Assembly (NCBI RefSeq): GCF_009914755.1
Contig: NC_060932.1
Length of the DNA: 64,000 nucleotides
Reading direction: 5' to 3' (one strand)
Source of the DNA: the human T2T-CHM13v2.0 reference genome, Homo sapiens
Shown here: one piece after another, positions 16,198 to 28,757 of the stretch
How positions within the stretch are numbered: the stretch's first letter is position 1
How the letters are laid out: each line of letters starts with the position of its first letter
The notes under the pieces: model-generated
Told to the model about the DNA's origin: nothing
What the model saw: only the letters and a program-made list of their open reading frames with translations
Database searches by the model: none
Program-made: the position numbers and the translations under genes

Positions 16198-17041
16198 GAG
16201 GAGGAAAATAACAGTGCATTATTCTATATTTAATTTTATTATAAAAATTGGTAATTATTTTTAGATTATTGTATTGACTGTGCAGTATAACTTATATGTC
16301 AATTGCAGTACCTTAGGGATACCTCTTTCCTTCCTCTAGTGGACTATGACAACAGGATTTGAGTAAAGGAATAGGTGAATACTTTATAAAGCATTTTTTC
16401 AAATGTGGGTATTTTCACTATCTTTGTGATTGTCCTTTTGACTCATGTCAGCTTTCTTTACATCCTACAAAAGCATTATACTCTCTTTCTAAATTAAGTT
16501 CTGTATAAAGTTTAGCCAAGTTCTCAGAGTTAAGCACCTGGAACAATAACTACAGTTATTTTGGCCTCCTTAAGTAACAATAATAAATAGTGACTAGCCT
16601 TAAGCCACTGTATTACAAGGTAAAGAATGCTGCCTATATCTGAAGCCACATTTTAGCTTATTTGCTCTTTTTGTTTCACCACATTGCTTCCCTAATAGTA
16701 AATTTCTTTTCACAGTTTCTGAGAGAAGTATTCCTGTGAGTGGTGCCCTGAGTTGTATAATGTCAAGACTGTACTCCTTTCTGCCTTTCTATTGCTCACA
16801 TTTGGGGCATTTTATAATTTCAGTTTGATGGTAGAGTGGAAAGAAACTACGATTATTTTTACTAGCTACTTTTCTCTATTTGATATCAATGTCTATCAAG
16901 AGATGAATATAACTTTTATATAAAAATCCCTTCCTTATAAAAATCTGAGCTTTTAGCACTAAAAACAAATTACTTTATAAAAAACTTTTCTTAAGGAGAA
17001 ATTATGACATTATGTTCTTTTAGTTGTTAAACCAAATTTAA

Positions 17042-17494
<453 letters not shown>

Positions 17495-18174
17495 TGATAA
17501 GAGTCTTATATATAACATGTATGAGATATTAAGAAATACTTATTATTTATGATTCAAGGTAGAGTATTAAGTTTTGGAAACTGTAAAAGAAGCCGTGTTA
17601 TAAAATAATTCTAAAGAAACTCATTTGGTCTATCCATATTCTTTTGCTCTTGTATATACCGGAAACTAATTCAGATTTTTGGTTCTGAACACCATCAACG
17701 ACTCTTTAGAGAATCTTTTAGTAGCTCTTGTTTGCTGACTACTATATAGGTTTCCTGTATTTCTTTTGAAAAAATTGGTATTGAATGAGAGTTTGACCCT
17801 TAAGGCTTGAGAGCCAGGGGAGGGAAGGCTATTATTAAGTTCTGTTTCTCTCTCATCATCTAACATAGTGATTGGAACAGGGTAAGTTATCTATTGATTA
17901 TAGCTCCCTGCAACCACAGTAGATGTTAAATAGAGTAGCTCAGCATCCTTTGTTATAAAGAAAAATGAGATCCAGGCTTTGCCACTTTCTGACTTGGGCC
18001 TTTGCAAAATCCTTATTTCTCCAATCCTTTTTTAAATATATATATAGAATGAAAATAGTAATAGCTCCTAAGGATTATTTTGTGTTTGCCGAATAAATGA
18101 AATAAACTAGGCATCATGCATGGCACTCAGTAAGTGCTCAGTGCATGTTAAGTGCTATGATTACTATTATTGAT

Positions 18175-18217
18175 ACTACTGCTGCTGCTTTTATTGCTGC
18201 TGCTGCTGCTACCACTA

Positions 18218-18270
<53 letters not shown>

Positions 18271-18280
18271 GATGATGATT
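18175..18280. repeat. Compound trinucleotide repeat (CTG)n/(CTA)~17/(GAT)n
   Basis: gctgctgct...gctgctgctgctgctaccactaactactact...ctacgatgatgat. Confidence 0.9.
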
Positions 18281-18581
18281 GTATTAGCATTTTTGGCATC
18301 ATTTAATTTTCTGAGATATTAAAATTTCCTGAGACATGAATTTTGAGAATCTGTTAAAAATGCTTTAAAATGCATAAATATACAGCATTTTAGATACCAT
18401 TTCATAGGTGTAATGAACTCTTTAAAGTGTGCTCTAGACCATAGGTTTAGAACTCCTTCTCAGAGGATAATGGATACCACTTCAAATGGACACAATTCAG
18501 GTGGCAAATATTGGAAAATAGCAACCAATTAGTACACAATTATATAAAGACAAAATACAAATTAGCAAATTGATAGCTCCG

Positions 18582-18952
18582 AGTATTAGTCCGTTCGCAT
18601 ACTGCTGTAAAGAACTGCCTGAGACTGGGTAATTTAAAAAGGAAAGACACTTGATTGACTCACAGTTCCACATGGCTAGGGAGGGCTCAGGAAACTTACA
18701 ATTATGGCAGAATGCGAAGGGGAAGCAAGTACCTTCTTCACATGGTGGCAGGAGAGAGAATTGCCAACGAATGAGGAAGTGCCATGCTTTAAAAACCGTT
18801 AGATCTTGTGAGAACTCCCTCACTATCATGAGAACAGCATGAGGGAAACTGCTCCCATAATCCAGTTACTTCCCACCTGGTTCTTCCCTTAAAACCTTGG
18901 GATTATAATTCAACATGGGGTTTGGGTGGGGACACAAAGCTAAACAATATCA
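18582..18952 (-). mobile_element. THE1D/MSTA-like solo LTR
   Basis: gtattagtccgttcgcatactgctg ... ggggacacaaagctaaacaatatca. Confidence 0.85.
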
Positions 18953-19309
18953 TAAGGGTTGATTTGGGACAAGGTATTTCTCAGGATAACATTCTCTAAC
19001 CATTTGCAAATCATTTAATGTGCTTGTTAAATGCAGAATTCTGGGCCATAGCTCAGGATGACTGAATCATAATTTCTTTGAGAGATTATGAGTCTTCTTG
19101 AATACCCTAGAGTTTAAAGTCAAGGATTTTAGAATAATGTTTAATACAACTATCATAGAAAGTGTATGATCTTCTTAATTATTCATACATAGTTAAAGAA
19201 GCTTCAAAAATAAAGGATGGAATTATTTAACCAAAGTGTGGAAAGGGAAAAAGAAGCAAAATTACGTTGGTGGGTTTTCATGAATAATTGGCAAAATGAG
19301 TGATAAAGT

Positions 19310-19530
19310 CTTCTGTGATGGAATCAGATTGTGTTAAACACCCTAGATCTTTCACATAGCAACTGTTGTCCTCTGGGCAAAAATTAGTTACCTTCCCTAA
19401 TCTATTGCATCCTCAATCTGTAAAGTGAAGATAATAATAATATCTATAATATAGGCCTGTTGTAAGGACTGAATGAGATAATGTACATAACACATACTTA
19501 AGTCCTCAGTAAATGTTAATTGATTAGAGT
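19310..19530 (+). mobile_element. MIR
   Basis: atctgtaaagtgaagataataata...gttgtaaggactgaatgagataatgtac...ctcagtaaatgtta. Confidence 0.65.
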
Positions 19531-19874
19531 TAATTGTCATTATCATCATCATCATCACTATCATCACCATTTTAGTGGTGGTTGTCCATACTGTCAGTAT
19601 AATATTCTTAAGGTTTCTTTGCCTGTATAATTCTCACCTACCCTTAAGGATCAAAATGAGGTTCTCCCTTTTGATTAAGTTTTCCAACCATTTATTTATG
19701 GGAATTATTACCTTCTGTGCTTTTATATCCTTTAGCAAGTAGTACATAATAAAGATGTTAATATCTACTTTTTGGTTAATTTATAAAAATTTATTTGCTT
19801 CCTTTTTATCTATACAGAGCATGTGAATTTTATTTATAAGCTATTGTATTTTAACACAGGAATTATTTGAGCTA

Positions 19875-20115
19875 CAGGTTGAGTGACCCCCTACTCTGAA
19901 AATTCAAAATCTGAAATGTTCTAAAATCTGAAACTTTTTGAGAGCCAATATTGACTCTCAAAGGAAATGTTCATTGGAGCACTTTTGATTTTTGATTTTC
20001 AGAATGGGGATGCTCTACTGTTAAGTATATAATACAAATATTCCAAAATTCAGCAAAATCCAAAATTCAGGACACTTCTGCTCCCAAGTATTTTGGATAA
20101 GGGATCCTCAACCTG
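19875..20115. mobile_element. Tigger4a/MER46-like MITE (Tc1/mariner)
   Basis: TA|CAGGTTGAG ... CTCAACCTG|TA terminal inverted repeats with TA TSD. Confidence 0.85.
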
Positions 20116-20181
20116 TATTTTGTTTCTGTTTCCTCATTTCACCTGACCAAAATATTTCAGAGAATTTGTTTACTCAGGTAG

Positions 20182-20919
<738 letters not shown>

Positions 20920-21210
20920 TTAAAATTATTTCTTGTTTTTTTTAAAAAGTATTTGTGCATTTACTTTTATTTCTTGAGCTTGACTAATCAAGAATTGAAT
21001 GCATAAGTATAGTTATGAGAGTTCAGCCCATTTATTTTAAATTTGCATCCTTTCACCTCTGAAACACTAAACTATGAAACCTAACACAAATACTGTAAGA
21101 ACATCTGAGGTAGACAGTTAGAGTATAATTAAGTTTAAATGCCTTGGTGAAGGAATATAAAAATTATTTAAATTCAATCGGCTAGTACATTTGCAGTTTT
21201 CTTTTATTAG

Positions 21211-21345
21211 GTGTGAAATCTAAGAATCCCCTGCCAACTCTTGAGGGCTCAATCCAGAATGTTGAATTGAAGTACTGCAGCACATCATTGGTCAAATGTG
21301 CCTCTGGGACCATGGGATCAATAAAAATTTGTGCCAAAGCCCCAG
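21211..21345 (+). CDS. VPS13B: VPS13B internal coding exon (135 nt, phase 1-1; probably exon 18)
   Basis: Acceptor ttttcttttattAG|GTGTG and donor CCAG|GTATGT. Translates (G)VKSKNPLPTLEGSIQNVELKYCSTSLVKCASGTMGSIKICAKAP, which I recognise as VPS13B, and joins the next exon in frame. Confidence 0.93.
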
Positions 21346-22093
21346 GTATGTGCAGCTGGACCGTGTAAAACTTTATTGCCTGTATAGGAGAATTGGCCTT
21401 GCGTTTTACAAGGAGCGTTACTGAAACAAGAATTTACTCACTGTTGCTATGAATCAGACGTTTTAAATTTTTACTTAGAAATTTTTCTAATTGTGCCAGG
21501 ATGGTACTTCTTGACTTTAACAAATTTTTATTTAGGGAAAAATACTTAGTTTTATGAATGGTTATGAGGGAGAAAAATTAAAGGAATGTTTATTATACTT
21601 TTTGGGGGAATAGGAGGTGTATATATATGTATATAATATGACACTTAAAATTAAATTAAAAAGTTGTTATTGTAATATAATTAAATAGGAGACCCAGTTG
21701 TTTTTAAATTTTGGTTGTAAATGACTTTACCTTCCTACCAATATTTTATTTCATAATATATTTTAAAAACCATTTGTGATTTTTTTCAGTGCAAACTAAA
21801 TTTAAGGTAAGTTTATAAAAGTCCAGATTTCATTTAATTTTTAGAAGACAGTGTGTTTAGTTGTTTCCTTTTATAAGCTTTTCTGGACATGTTCTGCATT
21901 CATTAGCAAATATGAAAACTTAAGAGTTAAAAATGCTTTACATTTTATGAGACTCAGTATAATTAAATGTATAGCTAATATTATCAAATAAAGTTGAAAT
22001 GTTATATTATGGTGTTAGTATATTTTAAAATCAAACATTCTCAAGTGACTCATGTTTTATTTTTATTATTGTTTTATAAATATTTCTTTTCAG

Positions 22094-22267
22094 TTGATAG
22101 TGGAAAAGAGAAGTTGATTCCCTTGCTTCAGGGTCCTTCTGACACTAAAGACCTTCATAGCACCAAGTGGCTCAATGAGAGTAGAAAGCCAGAGTCTCTC
22201 TTAGCTCCAGATTTGATGGCCTTCACAATCCAAGTTCCACAATATATTGACTACTGCCACAATTCCG
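22094..22267 (+). CDS. VPS13B: VPS13B internal coding exon (174 nt, phase 1-1; probably exon 19)
   Basis: Acceptor tatttcttttcAG|TTGAT and donor TCCG|GTAAGT. Translates (V)DSGKEKLIPLLQGPSDTKDLHSTKWLNESRKPESLLAPDLMAFTIQVPQYIDYCHNS(G); lies within ORF-track 21994..22446. Confidence 0.93.
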
Positions 22268-23465
22268 GTAAGTACAAACCTATCATTATTCCCTTGTTTT
22301 GCTTTTTTTTTTTTTTTTTTCCAGAAAGGCTTTTAAAATTGGTATATATTTTTTTTTTTTTAGGTATTTTTGTCAATTGGCTTACTCTGCAGTTGTGCTT
22401 TTTCAAAATTCAAATGAAGAATTTTTGTATCACTTTTGTTAATTGAAATGTGTTTATAAATAATGATTTTATTTATATGAGAGAATTTAGCTGTGTGTAT
22501 AGTGGTTAACTTCAGATTCGTATATATAAGGAACAACTGAGTTTTAAAATATAGCATATCATTATAATGCATATTTTCTTGAGATAGTAGCACTTTGTAA
22601 CCCAAGTTTGTCATGTGTAAATTGGTGTTTTTACCTTCTGTAATTTTTTAGGAATGAAAAGATTTGATGGTAGAACTGAGAAGAAAATCTCAGAGGTCAT
22701 TATCTCATTTCTTAGAGTTTTATTTTTTTCTGGTAGCACTTTGAATAGAATCGATTTCATTTTATTCAACACTGTAATAGCAGAGCTATACCTCTCATGT
22801 TGAGAGAAGGTATCAGAAGGATCAATGAAGACTGAGAAAAGAAAAATGTATGATAGGTAGAGATCACTATCAGCCATGAATTCACTTAGCCAGTATGTGG
22901 TTAGCAAAGTCAGGGTGTTCAGTCAATGAAGCTAGCAACGTGATAGTAATATAGACATTTGTTTTAAAAGATACGTGGTCCACATTTTCTCTCTAGAAGT
23001 AACTGGCCAGTGAGTAGTTTCAAATAGCTGCTTTAGAGTAGAGCTTCATTAACATTATTCAACAAGTACTGTAGCTTATAGAAAGTATGTTCAGCACTAG
23101 TATGTTCAAGTGGAAACTATGAAAAGATTTGCAACTAACTGAGCAGAGACTATGTAGAGGTAAATATTGAATAAAGCAGTGCACAAATGAATATATACAG
23201 GGACACAAAACATTTGAAAGATGAGTATATTATGATAATATTTGCAGTTGAGTGGTATCCACATTGAAAACTGGAAATTAGTATTTGAAAGGTGAGTCTA
23301 AGGATGCTGTCTGTCAGCATGCTTCAAAGGACAGCACACCTCAAAAATAAGATTTCAGCCTGGTAAGAATGGGTACAGAACCATAAAGAATGAATGATCA
23401 GAGGATGGCTCCAGATCCAAAGTAGGGTTGTCCCTATAGAGAAAAGATTTTACCAATCTTTTAAG

Positions 23466-23680
23466 ACAGGGATTGGTAAATACTTTCTTAAAGGGCCTGA
23501 CAGCTAATATTTTAGGGTTTATGGCCCATACAGTCTCTGTCTCAACTGTTTCTGCTGTTTTAGCACAAAAATAGCTACAGACAAAACTTAAATGAATGGA
23601 CGTGACTGTGTTTCAATAAAGCTTTATTTATAAAAGCAGGAAGTGGGCCAGATTTGGCCTATGTGGTTTGTCTAACATGG
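23466..23680. mobile_element. MER58A-like hAT element
   Basis: cagggattggtaaatac...aagggcc...ggcccatacagtctctgtctcaact...gggccagatttggcc. Confidence 0.75.
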
Positions 23681-24579
23681 TTATAAGAAGAAGGAATTGG
23701 TGGATAAATATCATGACTTTGTTAATGCCTATTTAATCATGTTCCTTAAATATATTGTTTAGTAAACTTCTTTATAGAATTACCCATATAGTAATTTTTG
23801 TTTTCAAATAATAAACTTAAGATGATACTAAAATGACCAGACCATTCAGTTACAATTTTGATACCTAAGAAGAGATTAATCTTTCTAGAATCTTGCCACT
23901 TGTTCTTGAGTTGGACAGGAACTCTTAATATTTGTTTTACCACATATACAATGAAAATAAATTAATAAGTTGAGTGTATTTAAATAATCTGTTCTTCAAC
24001 AATATATTACCTTTTATAATTTAAATGCATTTCTAGGGTCACAAAATTTTATTTTTGTTTTTAACTTTTTATATAGCTCTAAAAGTAAAGTGGTATAAGA
24101 AAAATTATCTGTGACACCTATAATATTTATAAAGTTTTAATTTTTTCTTGCTGTTAAGGAAATTCACCTAATCTGCAACATTAGTGTTATGGATAGTAGT
24201 ATGTTTATGGATTTGTGTGTAAAATTTTAATGTGATCATGTATTTAATGCTTTGAAAATATTCCTTTGGGTATGTTTTGAACCTAAAATGTAATATATTT
24301 TAACTTAAAACTACATTCACATAGTTTATTTATGGTATTTTTAAATTTAAATTTTTCATCCACCTTACAACTGCCACCCACATTCATGGCTTAGGTATTT
24401 ATGATATGGTTTAGAGAGCTCATAAGTACTATTTTTATGCCAGTTTTAAAATAATTTGAATTAATCTTATGTTCTTGTAACAAGATTTAATTTGGGTGTA
24501 TATGTATATATGTGAGTATGATTGATGTTATAGACAAGTCATAAGTAAATCTTAAATGAAAAAATCAAAATTCCTTAAC

Positions 24580-24905
24580 AGTCCTTCAAGACTTTACAAA
24601 AATATTATACTTTCAGCAACTACTTTCCTGACCACTGTATCTAAATTTCTCTCTCTGTCTCCTACACACATATTGACACTTCTTACTTATTTTTCTACAC
24701 TCCTTTAGTTTTCCTTAGTACTTATCAGAATCTACCATACTATATATGTTACTGATTTATATTGTTGATTGTTTCCCCTGCTATTAGAATTTTATGCTTC
24801 ATTTGGGCAGGACGTTTTGTCTCTTTTTGGTCACTACTGTGTTCCCAGCATCTAGACCAATACCTGGCACATAAGCTAACAATAAATACTTATTGAATGA
24901 ATAAG
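24580..24905 (+). mobile_element. L2 3' end
   Basis: gttcccagcatctagaccaatacctggcacata...aataaatacttattgaatgaat. Confidence 0.65.
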
Positions 24906-26106
24906 CAAGTAACTGATGATTACATTTACTTTTCTTTGCTTTTTGAAGTTGAAGTATCTAATGGAATAGAGACAGGAATCTTTCTGGAGGCTTAAGGGAA
25001 GAAAAAGATGTTAGGTGGTTAAATCTTTTAGGTGAACAGTTAAAGGGAATCATGAGTGGTCTCTGCTTGTGTTTTCAGAAACAGATAGATGTCCCGGTGA
25101 GGTTGTTAATGAACTTTTCCCATGGTCTTATAGAATTTGAATGATGATCATACTAACTGGCTTTTTTTGGGTCATGGCATGATGTGTGGAAGACAGCTGC
25201 CCTTGTGCATATACTCTCAAATTGAGGGGGATGGGTGGTTAAATGGGACCAGCAAATGTTGCAGATGTTACGTAAAAGTCAATTAGGAAGTGAGTTTTGA
25301 GAGGAGCTTATTACTTAGGCAGCCTTTTGACTGTGATTTGAGAATGTGAGGGAATGGACAGCTTTATTAATGGGGATTTGGAATTATGACAGAGAGAAAT
25401 ATTAATGGTATTAGTAAAACTCATTATAAAAACAGTACTTTACAATTAAAATGTCACATTTGTGTAAATTGTTTTATTTGCTTACAAATCAAAACTGTTT
25501 TAGGCAGAGAAAATATTATTTGTGTCTTGCAGAGGAGGAAATAGATGCCTAGAAGTTCAATGACTTGTCCAATTGCCTAGCAAGTCAGTCTTTGAACTAG
25601 AACTTGGAACTTCTAACTATACAACATTTTCCCACCATGTTGGGTGTTGGGCTGTTTATCATTTTCTCTTTTAACCTTAGAATCCACCTCACTAAACACT
25701 GTATCCTTCAGTCTTAAAAGTTCCTAACGTAACGGATCTCCTTTTTTACTTTATATTAAGCACTGTCAAAAGAGCCACACTGTCATGATCTTACAGCATT
25801 TCTTTGTCTTTGAAGTCTCAGCAATTCCCTTTACACTTTTCCCACTTCCTTCCTTGATTGCATTCTGCACTTGACTAACTCTGATTAACAGCAAAGGAGC
25901 TGAAGGCTCTTATTAGAATACAGTATGCCAGCACACATTCTGTATTTATGGTTATTTTTCAGGGGAACCATTTAATGACACATTTCTTAGGTTTGTGTAG
26001 ATACAACAGGTCACATAGAGAAATAGATGCTTCTCTGGTTCCTTTGTAGGTAGAAGCACTTGGTGACTATAACTGACATAATTAAAACATTTAAAAATAG
26101 GTTCTG

Positions 26107-26271
26107 CAGGTGCAGTGGCTCATCCCTGTAATCCCAGCACTTTGGGAGGGCTGAGGTGGAAGCATCACTTGAGCCTGGGAGGCAGAGGTTGCGGTGAGCC
26201 AAGATCACGTACTGCACTGTAGCCTGGGTGACAGAACGCAACCCTGTCTCAAAAATAAATAAAAATAAAAA
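26107..26271 (+). mobile_element. Internally deleted Alu (left-arm start fused to right-arm end)
   Basis: gcagtggctcatccctgtaatcccagcactttggg...gcatcacttgagcctgggaggcagaggttgcggtgagcc...aaaaataaataaaa. Confidence 0.8.
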
Positions 26272-26296
26272 TGAGGTTCTAAATATTTTCTTCCCT

Positions 26297-26574
26297 TATT
26301 TTTTATTATTATTATTTTTTAGACAGAACGTTGCCCAGGCTGGAGTGCAGTGGGCGCGATCTCAGCTCACTGCAACCTCCGCTTCCTGGGTTCAAATGAT
26401 TCTCATGCCTTACAGAGGCGCACCACCACACCTGGCTAATTTTTGTATTTTTAGTAAAGATGGGGTTTCACCATGCTGGTCAGGCTGCTCTTGAACTCCT
26501 GGCCTCACGTAATCCACCCGCCTTGGCCTCCCAAAGTGCTTGAGATTACAGGCATGAGCCACTGTGCCCAGACT
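26297..26574 (-). mobile_element. AluS with small deletions
   Basis: ttgcccaggctggagtgcag ... cccaaagtgcttgagattacaggcatgagccactgtgccc. Confidence 0.88.
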
Positions 26575-26720
26575 CCCTTGTCTTTTTAATATAGACTTTG
26601 GCTCTTCTTATGCTATATTTTGCCTATGATTCATAGCAGGTTCTGCTTGCTAAAGAGTTCTGAGTCTTTGTTAATCATGGTATTAATGTGTAAATAAATT
26701 TTGGAGTGTCTGCTATTTAG

Positions 26721-27082
<362 letters not shown>

Positions 27083-27980
27083 ATCATTTCAATTTCTGAG
27101 CCAGTGTTAAGAGTTCTATTTACATGTCTCCTGCTCTCTCTTTGCTCTGGCTCTGCTGGCCTTTTTTGATGTTCTCTGTGGTGGTTATGTATTTACATAT
27201 ACTGTTTTTTTCTGTCTAGGATTCTCACAACCATCCTTACCCTTTTTATACCTGTTTATTTCCAGCTCAGTCTCAAGATCTCAGCTCAACTACTGTTTCT
27301 CCAAGGAAGCCTTCTGTGACTCTGCCTTTTCCCTACTCCCTCCCAAGCCACTCAATTTAATTAAGTACCTCTCTTACATTCTTTCATAGCTGTTAAGACG
27401 GTATATATTTATATATGTCCTTACCACTTGACAGTAAGTTCCATGAGGGCAGAATTAATCACTGGCTGCTTACCATTTTATCTCCAGGGCCTATCATTGA
27501 TGAATGCACAAAGAATGCATGAGAAATCGTTTGTTGAATGAATGAATAAATGAATGAACATTTATGACAGATGTTCAAGGGTATAAATTTGACAGATAAA
27601 TAATCAGTTCTTGATACATGTTAGCCGCCTTTTCTTTTCTCTATTTCTGTTTCTTCCTCCTCTTCCTTTTCCTTCTGCATATATCTACCACTAGAGAAAA
27701 TATCTACCAATATCTTTCTCTGTAAGACAGTTCTAATTACTATTAGATTATTTATTCACTGGACTATACCTCCCATTTCCTGGTCTGATTTTATTCTTAT
27801 AAATGACATGAAATAATATATCAGCCTGAAATATACCTGACAACACATATTATCTTACCTTTCTTAGCTTTTTTTCACCCTTCCTTTCATTTGGTATTCA
27901 TCCTCTTTAGTCTCCAGCATTTACTGCTATGGTTGATCATACCCTTTCTATTCAATCCTTAGTCTCTTTTGGCTTCTAGA

Positions 27981-28757
27981 TGTTCAGAGACAAGTCTCTA
28001 TAGCAGTGGTCCTCAACTGTTTTGGCGCCAGGGACCTGCTTCATGGAAGACAATTTTTCAATAGACTTGGGTGGTGGGGGATGGTTTCCAGATAATACTC
28101 TTCCAACTCAGATCATCAGGCATTAGATTGTCATAAGGAATGTGCAAGCTAGATCCCTCGCGTGCACATTTCACAACAGGCTTTGTGCTCCTATGAGCAT
28201 CTAATGCTGCTGCTGATCTGACAGGAGGCAGAGCTCAGGCAGTAATTCTTGCTTGCCTGCCCACTCCTCACCTCCTGCTGTGTGGCCCAGTTCCTAACAG
28301 GCCACGGACTAGTACAGGTCCATGGCCCAGGGGTTGGGGACCGCTGATCGATAGGTCTTTTTTGTTTTTGCACTTCTTGCGAATGGAGGCACTGACTGCC
28401 CTTTGTTCTGGACTGTCTATTCAGAGATGTTCTTATAGTGAACAGCCTTGGAAGACAAGTATCATGTCTCATTCTGGAGCAAAGAGAAAGCATGCTTCCT
28501 GTTATAAAACATTTGGTTCCTTAACTTCGGGTTCATCTCCTGTTATGTAATTCACTGCATGTACAGGCAGCCATCTGAACAAACGTGCACATCATCACCT
28601 CTGTGAGACTTGTGGGCAAAGGGAACTGATGCAAATATGTTGATACTGGTGTTGCTCCCTGTGCGATAAGTAATAAAGTCCTTATCTGTGACTTGGGATC
28701 CTTGTCTTCTGCAGCCTTCATGAAACTGTGGTAGCGTATGATCTTAGGTCCCTGACA
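27981..28757 (+). mobile_element. LTR47-like solo LTR interrupted by MER1B
   Basis: gagacaagtctc...ggcactgactgccctttgttctggact...aacagccttggaagac...ttataaaa...aataaagtcc...ctgaca. Confidence 0.6.
28004..28346. mobile_element. MER1B (hAT-Charlie)
   Basis: cagtggtcctcaac...ggcgccagggacc ... ggttggggaccgctg; imperfect 8-bp TSD ctctatag/atcgatag. Confidence 0.88.

Noticed and set aside
21994-22446. 150-aa ORF as a stand-alone gene
   Set aside because: Only 22094-22267 is protein-like and bounded by splice sites; the flanks are translated poly-T intron.
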